Below are positions 7,878 to 15,978 of a stretch of 32,000 bases of DNA, one piece after another. The position numbers and the translations under genes were made by a program. Numbering within the stretch: position 1 is the first letter of the stretch; each line of letters opens with the position of its first letter. This DNA comes from Nostoc punctiforme PCC 73102 (GTDB taxonomy: Bacteria > Cyanobacteriota > Cyanobacteriia > Cyanobacteriales > Nostocaceae), in assembly GCF_000020025.1 (NCBI RefSeq), contig NC_010628.1:1140001-1172000 (forward strand), given 5' to 3'. The notes below the pieces were generated by a model, which was not told the origin of the DNA, searched no databases, and worked only from the letters and a program-made list of their open reading frames with translations.

Positions 7878-9248
7878 TTAAAAATATTTAGAAATAAGTT
7901 TGTTTATTATTTCTGACATACTCACAATAATAAGCGTCAAAAAACCTGCAAGTAAAACTAGCAATACTACAAGCAAAAGTCCATTAATTCCAGATTGGAG
8001 AAGATTGTTTGTGAGCAAACTTTTGAAAGTCAATACAATTAGTGAATTTGCTATTATAGCAATCACAATTAAATAACTCTTTTCCAAAAGCGAACGAGAT
8101 TGAATTAAGATTACCCCACCTAAAATTAGCAACCACAATCCAGAGCTAATCCAAGTAGTGCCTAAAAAACTAATAAGTGCGATCGTTAACAATGAACTAC
8201 CTGAACCTGTAATTATGGCTCCAGAGAATAATTTGCTATTAGAGAATTGTGGTAGATACCCAGTTGTTTTTTGTTGAGTTTGTGATTGTGACTCTAATAG
8301 TTTAGAAGGTGAAATGACTGTAGGAGGTAATGTATGCCTTAGTGGTGGTAGATTATTCAAGTCTTGTAAGACAGCCTGTGCAGATTGATAACGCTGCTCA
8401 TGATTTTCTTGGAGTAATTTATCCAGAATCAATTCTAATTCTTGACTTATGGGTTGTGTTAAATGCTTTCGCCAACTAGAAGTCCAACCATAGCCTTGTT
8501 TGAGCCAGAAATTCGAGGGAGAAATATTTGTTAGTAGATGAAAGCAAGTTATGCCTAAACTATACATATCACTGGAAGGAAAAACTTTACCAAATTGCAT
8601 TTGCTCAATTGGTGCATAACCTAATGAACCAATAATTGTCCCAATTGCAGTGGTTGTAGTTTCCGCCTTTTGCTTTGAAACCCCAAAATCAATTAGTACT
8701 AACTTATTATCACTCTTACGGCGAATAATATTTTCTGGCTTAATATCTCGATGAATTATTTGCTGTTGATGTATGGCAACCAGCACAGATAATAAATCAT
8801 TCAAAAAAGATCGAATCTTACCTTCATCAAAAAAACCGTATTGTTTTAACTCCTGCAACAGATTTTGACCTTCGATAAACTGCTGCACTAAATATAGATA
8901 TTCACCTTCCTTAAAATAACCATACAAATTGGGAATTTGTAGATGTTCCCCTAATTCTTGTAGACGTTTGGCCTCTCGTTCAAATAATTGAGTTGCTTTT
9001 TGATGTGCATGAGTACCTTGACTGCCATAAAATTGACTGAGAACCAGTTGCTTAACAACACATCGTTCGTTTAGCTTGTCTATATCCTCTGCTACGTATG
9101 TGCGTGCAAACCCTCCTCTCCCTAATGGTGCGATTATACGGTAACGATTTCTGAGTAGCGATCGCAACTGTGTCCCGCAACTGAGGCAGTAATTTGTCCC
9201 ATCAGGATTTTGGGGATTCTCGCAATTGGGGTTTAGGCAGCAGATCAT
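7878..9248 (-). CDS. Hanks-type Ser/Thr protein kinase with an N-terminal 4-Cys zinc ribbon and a C-terminal multi-TM domain
   Basis: CLNPNCENPQNPDGTNYCLSCG zinc ribbon. Kinase motifs: LGRGGFARTY, VVKQL, HRDIKPENI, DFG, GYAPIE. The last 120 aa or so are strongly hydrophobic (3-4 TM helices). It lies 72 bp upstream of the binding-protein gene on the same strand. Confidence 0.9.
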   Translation of the reverse strand: MICCLNPNCENPQNPDGTNYCLSCGTQLRSLLRNRYRIIAPLGRGGFARTYVAEDIDKLNERCVVKQLVLSQFYGSQGTHAHQKATQLFEREAKRLQELGEHLQIPNLYGYFKEGEYLYLVQQFIEGQNLLQELKQYGFFDEGKIRSFLNDLLSVLVAIHQQQIIHRDIKPENIIRRKSDNKLVLIDFGVSKQKAETTTTAIGTIIGSLGYAPIEQMQFGKVFPSSDMYSLGITCFHLLTNISPSNFWLKQGYGWTSSWRKHLTQPISQELELILDKLLQENHEQRYQSAQAVLQDLNNLPPLRHTLPPTVISPSKLLESQSQTQQKTTGYLPQFSNSKLFSGAIITGSGSSLLTIALISFLGTTWISSGLWLLILGGVILIQSRSLLEKSYLIVIAIIANSLIVLTFKSLLTNNLLQSGINGLLLVVLLVLLAGFLTLIIVSMSEIINKLISKYF

Positions 9249-10046
9249 AATAATTATTTTATTGCTGTCAGTTTATTAATTTTTAAATTATACTTTGGAT
9301 TCAGTATAAACTCTGTAATGCAACGTTTCTACATGGACATTTGTTGTAATTGGTGTAAAATGTTGGCTAGTTTTATCGCCTCATTCAAAAAATCTTGTTG
9401 ATTAGCAAAATCGGGGTGGCATTGGACTTTATCATTCAACTTTTTATGACAAGGTAATGCCCATAATTATCTCTTGCAAGATATGTAATACTAAAGCCAC
9501 CTTCACGTGATTATTTTTAATTGTATATTTATCACTCTGTAATTGCTGTCCTAATAACCAAGCTATTATTCAAAAGCCCAAAATGCTGGTGCAGACTGTC
9601 GCACAGGATAGACTAATTTACAGAAAAAATATATCTTAATGTACATAATTTCATAAGTTCATAGCGAATCCTCTTGAAAAAACTCTGCGTACCTTTCTTC
9701 AGCGTCCCTAGCCTATGCGAAAGCAAAGTGCATCTGCGTTTAAAACCGCTACGAATTAATGCAAATCTGTACTTAGAAGTTTTAAACAGACATTTACCCA
9801 CTGTTAAACTACATTCGGTTAAATCTTCTAATAAAATCGGGTAAATAATTCAACGCTAAGTAAATATTCACCCTGCCAAAATTTCGGTCTATACAACCTT
9901 GACAAACCTCACCGCAATTGTGACGATTACGCTAGAATTGTTAAAGGTTCTTTACAGAATTTGCTGATCATCCCCAATTCTGTTAAAACAGCCTAGCATT
10001 CAAATGTAAATCTAAAAACCCCCTCTAGAGTTCACCAAAAGCTTCT

Positions 10047-11837
10047 ATGACGCTCCCAATTCGCAACGTCGCCATTATCGCCCACGTTGACCACGGCAAA
10101 ACTACGCTGGTTGACGCACTCCTCAAACAATCCGGCATTTTCCGCGAAGGCGAAGACGTTCCGGATTGCGTTATGGACTCCAACGCCCTAGAACGGGAAC
10201 GGGGTATTACTATCCTGTCCAAAAATACGGCAGTTCGCTACAAAGAAACACTAATCAATATTGTTGATACTCCTGGACACGCTGACTTTGGTGGCGAAGT
10301 TGAACGCGTACTCGGCATGGTTGACGGATGTCTTCTGATTGTCGATGCCAATGAAGGCCCCATGCCCCAAACACGCTTTGTTCTCAAAAAAGCTTTAGAA
10401 AAAGGGCTGCGCCCCATTGTTATTATCAACAAAATCGACCGTGGTAAAACTGACCCTCACGTTGCTGTCGATAAAGTTTTGGATCTGTTCTTGGAATTAG
10501 GGGCAGACGAAGACCAGTGTGATTTTACCTATCTGTTTGCCTCCGGTATGGCAGGTTTCGCCAAGGAAAGCTTGGAAGCAGAATCGGTAGATATGCAACC
10601 CCTGTTTAACGCGATTCTGCAACACGTTCCACCACCAGTAGGCGACAGCAATAAGCCTCTGCAATTGCAAGTTACAACCCTAGATTATTCTGAATATCTG
10701 GGACGGATTGTCATTGGCAGAATTCACAACGGTACTATCCGCTCAGGACAGCAAGCGGCTTTAGTTACAGAAGATGGCACCATTGTCAAGGGTAAAATTA
10801 CCAAGTTGATGGGCTTTGATGGACTGAAGCGCGTAGAGATGGAAGAAGCAACCGCAGGTTATATTGTCGCGGTGGCTGGTTTCGCGGATGCTTATATTGG
10901 GGAAACAATTACTGACCCCAATGAACCGCAAGCTTTACCACTCATTAAAGTAGATGAACCAACCTTGCAAATGGCCTTCTGGGTAAATGATTCGCCCTTT
11001 GCTGGTCAAGAAGGTAAGTTGGTAACATCAAGACAAATACGCGATCGCCTATTCCGCGAACTCGAAACCAACGTTGCTTTGCGTGTCGAAGAAACCGATT
11101 CTCCCGATAAATTCCTTGTTTCCGGTCGGGGAGAACTCCACTTGGGTATCTTAATTGAAACCATGCGTCGGGAAGGCTTCGAATTTCAGGTATCTCAGCC
11201 ACAGGTAATTTACCGCGAAATCAACGGTCAACCTTGCGAACCTTACGAACTCCTGGTGTTAGACATTCCTGCTGATAGTGTGGGTAGCTGTATTGAACGC
11301 CTGGGACAACGCAAAGGCGAAATGCAAGATATGCAACCAGGTAGTGGCGATCGCACCCAGTTAGAGTTTGTCATTCCTGCTCGTGGATTGATTGGTTTCC
11401 GGGGTGAATTCATGCGGATGACCCGTGGTGAAGGCATCATGAACCACAGTTTCCTAGACTACCGTCAACTCAGTGGTGATATTGAAGCCCGTAACAAAGG
11501 CGTTTTAATCTCCTTTGAAGAAGGCGTTTCTACCTTCTACGCCATGAGAAATGCCGAAGATAGAGGAGCATTCTTTATTACTCCCGGCACAAAGGTTTAC
11601 AGAGGCATGATCGTGGGAGAACACACTCGTTCTCAAGATTTGGAACTAAATATCTGTAAGACCAAGCAGTTGACCAACCACCGGGCTGCTGGTGGCGATG
11701 AATTGGTGCAACTGCAAGCACCGATAGATATGAGCCTAGAGCGTGCTTTGGAATACATCGCCGCCGATGAATTGGTGGAAGTTACACCCCAATCGATTCG
11801 TTTGCGGAAGATGTCGAAGAAGTTGGCGAAACGGTAA
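10047..11837 (+). CDS. typA: Translational GTPase TypA/BipA
   Basis: [22 protein letters not shown] (G1), [12 protein letters not shown] (G3), NKIDR (G4). Full length of 596 aa with the typical TypA C-terminal domain. Confidence 0.97.
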   Translation: MTLPIRNVAIIAHVDHGKTTLVDALLKQSGIFREGEDVPDCVMDSNALERERGITILSKNTAVRYKETLINIVDTPGHADFGGEVERVLGMVDGCLLIVDANEGPMPQTRFVLKKALEKGLRPIVIINKIDRGKTDPHVAVDKVLDLFLELGADEDQCDFTYLFASGMAGFAKESLEAESVDMQPLFNAILQHVPPPVGDSNKPLQLQVTTLDYSEYLGRIVIGRIHNGTIRSGQQAALVTEDGTIVKGKITKLMGFDGLKRVEMEEATAGYIVAVAGFADAYIGETITDPNEPQALPLIKVDEPTLQMAFWVNDSPFAGQEGKLVTSRQIRDRLFRELETNVALRVEETDSPDKFLVSGRGELHLGILIETMRREGFEFQVSQPQVIYREINGQPCEPYELLVLDIPADSVGSCIERLGQRKGEMQDMQPGSGDRTQLEFVIPARGLIGFRGEFMRMTRGEGIMNHSFLDYRQLSGDIEARNKGVLISFEEGVSTFYAMRNAEDRGAFFITPGTKVYRGMIVGEHTRSQDLELNICKTKQLTNHRAAGGDELVQLQAPIDMSLERALEYIAADELVEVTPQSIRLRKMSKKLAKR

Positions 11838-11860
11838 GTAAGAATTCTTAATTGATTTAG

Positions 11861-11885
11861 AAAGCCCGCATTGGCGGGCTTTTTA
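11861..11885 (+). terminator. Rho-independent terminator of typA
   Basis: agcccgc (11863-11869) pairs with gcgggct (11874-11880) across the loop attg, followed by tttt. Confidence 0.8.
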
Positions 11886-11959
11886 GTTGGTTCGCTACAA
11901 CATTTTTCAAATGTTAAACTACATTTAAAATCGCAAACATAGATTGAGTATATATTTCG

Positions 11960-13078
11960 ATGGATGACTTGCGTGATTCTCTTGACCGCATCAAATCTAT
12001 TTGTTCTGAAATCGTTGTACAATTTGAATCTTCTGATGTAGCTGAGTCACTAAAAGCATTGCAAAAAGCAGTTAACGAAGCAGCAAAATCTTGGTCTGGC
12101 TCATGGCTTGGATATCATTCCCGTGTCTATTACAACCAACTTCAACCAGTTCCACCCGGTGCACGATTTAGTCAAGAATGGGGGCTTTCAGATGGATTAT
12201 CTAACGAAACTAGGGGTGATTGGTGTGAATATGACTTCGATTCTATCTATAACATTCTAAAATCGAAGGCAATCAATTTTTCGTTAGAGCAACTAAACGA
12301 ACTTGCCAATTATGCAAATGAAGAGATTCCTGATTTACGAGAAGAATTAATATCGATAATTTTTTCTTGCTTGGCTAGTGGAGAAGACACATACCTAGAT
12401 CGGCTCAAACAAGAAGCTGAACTATGTAAAACATCCTCTGTAGGAGAGTTTGTTGATTATCTTCGAGGCGGTGGACAATTTTTTTCGCGTGACAGGGTTG
12501 CTGTACTGTCTGGCTCTCAAACCCCGCCACATATTTATCTTCAAGCACAGTTGTTGGCTGTTCAATCACCTTCCACAGTCGCAAAAAGTTTAAAGAAAAT
12601 AGCAAATCGGCTAGCATTACACTTAACCAATAAATCTCGTACTTATATGTATTCATCTCAGCCAGGTACACATGTCTTTATTGGACACGGACACTCACCG
12701 TTATGGAGGGATCTCAAAGACTTTATCAGTGAGCGATTAAAACTACCTTGGGATGAATTCAATCGGCTTCCAATTGCTGGAATCAATAATACTGTGCGCT
12801 TATCCCAGATGCTGGATAGTGCAGCGATCGCATTTTTGATAATGACTGGTGAAGATGAACAAAGTGATCTGAAGCTCCGTGCAAGAATGAATGTCATACA
12901 TGAAGCAGGTCTTTTTCAAGGACGCTTGGGTTTCAGACGCGCAATTCTCCTTTTAGAAGAAGGCTGTGAAAACTTTTCCAATGTTGATGGAATTGGTTAT
13001 ATTAACTTTCCACGCGGGAACATTAAAGCTTGTTTTGAGGATGTTCGTATGGTTCTTGAGCGTGAAGGCTTGGTGTGA
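11960..13078 (+). CDS. TIR-like (Cap12/PycTIR-type, PF10137-like) effector domain protein with an unassigned N-terminal domain of about 235 aa
   Basis: C-terminal region: HVFIGHGHSPLW...AAIAFLIMTGEDEQ...RARMNVIHEAGLFQGRLGFRRAILLLEEGCENFSNVDGIGYINF. This reproduces the motif order I know for the 'predicted nucleotide-binding protein containing TIR-like domain' family, including the conserved Glu. The N-terminal part (WSGSWLGYHSRVYY...) matches nothing I recognise. Confidence 0.8.
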   Translation: MDDLRDSLDRIKSICSEIVVQFESSDVAESLKALQKAVNEAAKSWSGSWLGYHSRVYYNQLQPVPPGARFSQEWGLSDGLSNETRGDWCEYDFDSIYNILKSKAINFSLEQLNELANYANEEIPDLREELISIIFSCLASGEDTYLDRLKQEAELCKTSSVGEFVDYLRGGGQFFSRDRVAVLSGSQTPPHIYLQAQLLAVQSPSTVAKSLKKIANRLALHLTNKSRTYMYSSQPGTHVFIGHGHSPLWRDLKDFISERLKLPWDEFNRLPIAGINNTVRLSQMLDSAAIAFLIMTGEDEQSDLKLRARMNVIHEAGLFQGRLGFRRAILLLEEGCENFSNVDGIGYINFPRGNIKACFEDVRMVLEREGLV

Positions 13079-13089
13079 ACGCGTGGGAA

Positions 13090-13181
13090 GCGATCGCCAT
13101 TACCGTACATTTAGTCAAATTTTTGAGTAAAAATTAAGAAGACTGAAAAAGGCAATTATCATGACTATTCGTGAAACTGCG
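13090..13181. repeat. Direct repeat copy 1: leader plus the first 7 codons of the DUF2281-like gene (MTIRETA, then TAG)
   Basis: gcgatcgcc...agtcaaatttttgagtaaaaattaagaagactgaaaaaggcaattatcatgactattcgtgaaactgcg is about 85 percent identical to 13839-13920. Confidence 0.8.
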
Positions 13182-13223
13182 TAGGCATAGCCCGTCATAG
13201 ACATCTCTGTTTCTTAAAACGTA

Positions 13224-13253
13224 TTGACAACGTAAATACACAATGTCTACTAT
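13224..13253 (+). promoter_or_regulatory. Possible promoter of brnTA (TTGACA - 18 nt - TACTAT), implying a nearly leaderless mRNA
   Basis: ttgaca at 13224-13229 and tactat at 13248-13253. The ATG is at 13261 with no Shine-Dalgarno sequence in between. Confidence 0.35.
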
Positions 13254-13260
13254 GTAAGGT

Positions 13261-13557
13261 ATGGATGTGTATTTCGTGCTTAATGGTGTCACTTTCGTTT
13301 GGAACGAAGAAAAAGCTTGGATAAATCCCAGCAATCATGATGGCGTGACATTTCAGCAAGCCACAGAGGCATTTTTCGATCCGTTTTTAGTAGTTGTTGA
13401 TGCAAGTCGCAATGATGAACAAAGAGATGCTGTTATTGGCTTAGACAGACGGTGGAATCTTCTGTATGTCGTCTACATTGAACGTGAAAACGACATAATT
13501 CGGATCATTTCAGCTCGTAAAGCAACACGCAAGGAGCGAGAATATTATGAAAGCTGA
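13261..13557 (+). CDS. brnT: BrnT-family (DUF497) type II toxin
   Basis: FVWNEEKAWINPSNHDGVTFQQATEAFFDPF...DEQRDAVIG...LLYVVYIERENDIIRIISARKATRKEREYY is the canonical BrnT pattern (FxWDxxKAxxNxxKHGVxFxEA ... IRIISAR). Confidence 0.88.
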   Translation: MDVYFVLNGVTFVWNEEKAWINPSNHDGVTFQQATEAFFDPFLVVVDASRNDEQRDAVIGLDRRWNLLYVVYIERENDIIRIISARKATRKEREYYES

Positions 13558-13831
13558 AGCACTGAAAAAGCGACTCGATAAAAATCGTCCAATGACTACA
13601 ATCACAATTCGTATTCCCGAAGATGTCATTGAAGATTTGAAAAGAATAGCGCCATTACTGGGATTTTCTGGCTATCAGCCGTTAATGCGTGCCTATATTG
13701 GACAAGGGCTAAGAGTTGATCTGGAACGACTAGAGGATGATACTATCTCAGCACTGATTGCTAGCTTGAAGCGTCATGGTGTTAGCGATGAGGTTATCCA
13801 TGAAGCCCTCAGTGAAGTTACTCAAAAATAG
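13547..13831 (+). CDS. brnA: BrnA-type antitoxin (RHH/CopG-like)
   Basis: It overlaps brnT by 11 nt. ITIRIPEDVIEDLKRIAPLLGFSGYQPLMRAYIGQGL is the typical BrnA core. Confidence 0.82.
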   Translation: MKAEALKKRLDKNRPMTTITIRIPEDVIEDLKRIAPLLGFSGYQPLMRAYIGQGLRVDLERLEDDTISALIASLKRHGVSDEVIHEALSEVTQK

Positions 13832-13838
13832 TTCAATT

Positions 13839-13920
13839 GCGATCGCCCGTAGTCAAATCTTTGAGTAACAATGAAGAGGACTGAAAAAGGATTATTCTCA
13901 TGACTATTCGTGAAACTGCG
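13839..13920. repeat. Direct repeat copy 2 (leader plus the first 7 codons of the DUF2281-like gene)
   Basis: See 13090-13181. Identity ends exactly after ...cgtgaaactgcg. Confidence 0.8.
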
Positions 13921-14181
13921 ATGCCTTCGGCGAGCTTCGCTAACGCAAAATTGCAGCAACTTTCCGAACCACTCCTGCAAGAAGTGACCGACTTCATTGA
14001 TTTTTTTATGCACAAACATCAAGTTAAAATTGCTGAGAGTCAGCCTGATGAAACGCTTGTGGGAAAATGGTCACAATGGTTTGAGGCTGTGGATTCCCTA
14101 TAGGTATCTCCACCTGAATCAGTCAGTAATTATCAGCAACTTCTACTCGACAAGTATCGACAACAAGGGCTAGAACCATAG
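13900..14181 (+). pseudogene. DUF2281-like small antitoxin-type gene interrupted by an in-frame TAG at 14101
   Basis: KLQQLSEPLLQEVTDFIDFFMHKH is the DUF2281 motif. After the TAG at 14101-14103 the same frame reads VSPPESVSNYQQLLLDKYRQQGLEP, then TAG (14179-14181). This looks like the natural C-terminus of related Nostoc proteins, from memory. The 67-aa N-terminal product may still be made. Confidence 0.55.
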
Positions 14182-14473
14182 CATAGATTTACAGTGCTAG
14201 GTGTAGCCGATATCTTAGCGAAATTGCCTACAACTGATGCGCTCAAACTCTATGTGCCTCTCTCTAGTGAACAGCAATTGGCTCTCAACATATCCAAAAC
14301 TGAGCCACTGAGTGGCAATGGCTAGCTACAGAGATTGATTAGTAAAAGCATTCAATATAAAAATAACCCAATGGTGATGGGGGGCATAATTACTGCCTGC
14401 GGAGGCAGAAATCCTGTCTTCATATACTTATAACGACGAGTTAAAGCCTCCCACATCACACGCAGCAGTAATG

Positions 14474-14764
14474 TTAGTCTTGAGACTCCTCAGAGATAGT
14501 TTCCGATTCGGTTTCAAGTTCTTCTGTTTGGACTTTAACTGGAGGTTTAACGGGTTTTGGACCACGCGCTAGGGCAGGATTCCCCTGCTGCCTGTTGTCA
14601 TCTCCGTAAGATGCTTTTTTCCCTTTGTCAGACGAGCGGTTACGGCTCGGTTTTGAGCTTTTGGGGTTGGATTCAATAGGAGTTATAGAATCCTTATTTT
14701 CGGAATTGTTGTCAGTATTTGCTTGGGACTGACGTTCCGATTTTTTGATTGGACGTTCTACCAT
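14474..14764 (-). CDS. Hypothetical low-complexity (Lys/Ser/Pro/Asn-rich, acidic C-terminus) protein
   Basis: 96-aa ORF with no family motif and predicted disorder. It is the only long ORF in the interval 14200-15100. Confidence 0.45.
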   Translation of the reverse strand: MVERPIKKSERQSQANTDNNSENKDSITPIESNPKSSKPSRNRSSDKGKKASYGDDNRQQGNPALARGPKPVKPPVKVQTEELETESETISEESQD

Positions 14765-15114
14765 TGTTGATTTTTGTAAATTTATCTGTATAGTACATCG
14801 GTTTGGTGACTGTTAAACTGTTAAGTAGCATTTTTTTAAAGATTTTATTGTTAAAATTATTAAATAGCTATGTTTATTGATTTAGAAAAAAAGTAGCTAT
14901 CTAACTTTATCAACTACATCAAAAAACATTCTTGCAGAAGAATTCAGAAGCCAGAATCAAGAAGAAACTTTCCAGGTTTTCTATGACCACTAACTAAATA
15001 TATATATTTAGTAGGGGGTCTTAAACTAATTTATTTATCTGCTTCTTCGCTCAGAATTAATTCTGTTAGCGGTAGCAGGGCATTTAGCCCATTCTGACTC
15101 CTGATCCCTAAATT

Positions 15115-15969
15115 CTAATCAACAAAATCAGGTCGTGCCTTACCTGTTGATTTCAACTTTTGCTCTAAAACTGTCCAATTTTCTTGTTCAATTAAGTTAG
15201 TTAACTCATCGAGATTGTGACGATACTGTTGCAGCGATCGCAGCAATGCTTGACGATTATACCGCGCCATCATCACGCCCAACTCTGGATTCCCACCACC
15301 CACACGGCTGGTATCCCGAAAACCCGAACTAGCTAACTTTTGAGCTAATTCCAAAACATCGGGGTCAGTTTCACTCAAACAAGCAGCAATCAATGAGGAA
15401 CTGACCATTACAGGTAAATGGGAAATCCAACTAACAGCGCGGTCATGTTGCTCTGGTTGACAATAGTAGATATTAGCTCCTAGCGATCGCACAATTTCTT
15501 CTACAACCGCAATTGCACTAGTTGGCGTTGTAGCTATCGGTGTTAATACATAAGGTTTATCAACAAATAAATTCCGTTGTGCAGCTTCTATGCCACTATC
15601 TGTTCTTCCCGCCATTGGATGACCGCCGATAAAATTATCCCAAAGGGGAGAAATTGCCTTGACTATCTGTGCTTTCGCCGAACCCACGTCAGTCACGATG
15701 GTAGCTGTAGACAAATGAGCGATCATTTGCTCCAATTGGGGCACAATAAGCGCTAGAGGTGTACAAATAAATACAACCTCTGCGGCTGCTAACAGACTCA
15801 GATCAACTGATGCTTCATCAACACTGCCGATAGCAACTGCCTTTTGACAGGTAGATTCACGGCGGCTGACTCCTAAGATATGATGTCCTTGCGATCGCAA
15901 ATCAAAACCCAAAGATCCGCCGATCAATCCCAACCCTAAAATCCCAATATTCATTTTTAATTTTGACAT
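15115..15969 (-). CDS. tyrA: Arogenate/prephenate dehydrogenase
   Basis: Rossmann motif IGILGLGLIGGSLG, then ...HPMAG...; size and layout match cyanobacterial TyrA. The likely true start is Met6 (MNIGILG, 15954). Confidence 0.9.
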   Translation of the reverse strand: MSKLKMNIGILGLGLIGGSLGFDLRSQGHHILGVSRRESTCQKAVAIGSVDEASVDLSLLAAAEVVFICTPLALIVPQLEQMIAHLSTATIVTDVGSAKAQIVKAISPLWDNFIGGHPMAGRTDSGIEAAQRNLFVDKPYVLTPIATTPTSAIAVVEEIVRSLGANIYYCQPEQHDRAVSWISHLPVMVSSSLIAACLSETDPDVLELAQKLASSGFRDTSRVGGGNPELGVMMARYNRQALLRSLQQYRHNLDELTNLIEQENWTVLEQKLKSTGKARPDFVD

Positions 15970-15978
15970 TCCGTTTTT

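Noticed and set aside
9613-9801. 62-aa minus-strand ORF in the kinase-typA intergenic region
   Set aside because: No RBS, a basic low-complexity product, and no recognisable motif. I treat it as non-coding until transcript or conservation data say otherwise.
11633-12022. 129-aa minus-strand ORF overlapping the typA 3' end, its terminator and the start of the TIR-like gene
   Set aside because: It crosses a rho-independent terminator and two well-supported plus-strand genes, so it is an antisense artefact.
13134-13334. 66-aa minus-strand ORF, and likewise 13822-14022 and 13833-14015 (minus strand)
   Set aside because: They lie antisense to the duplicated leader segments and the brnT/DUF2281 starts. 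Their similarity to each other only reflects the direct repeat.
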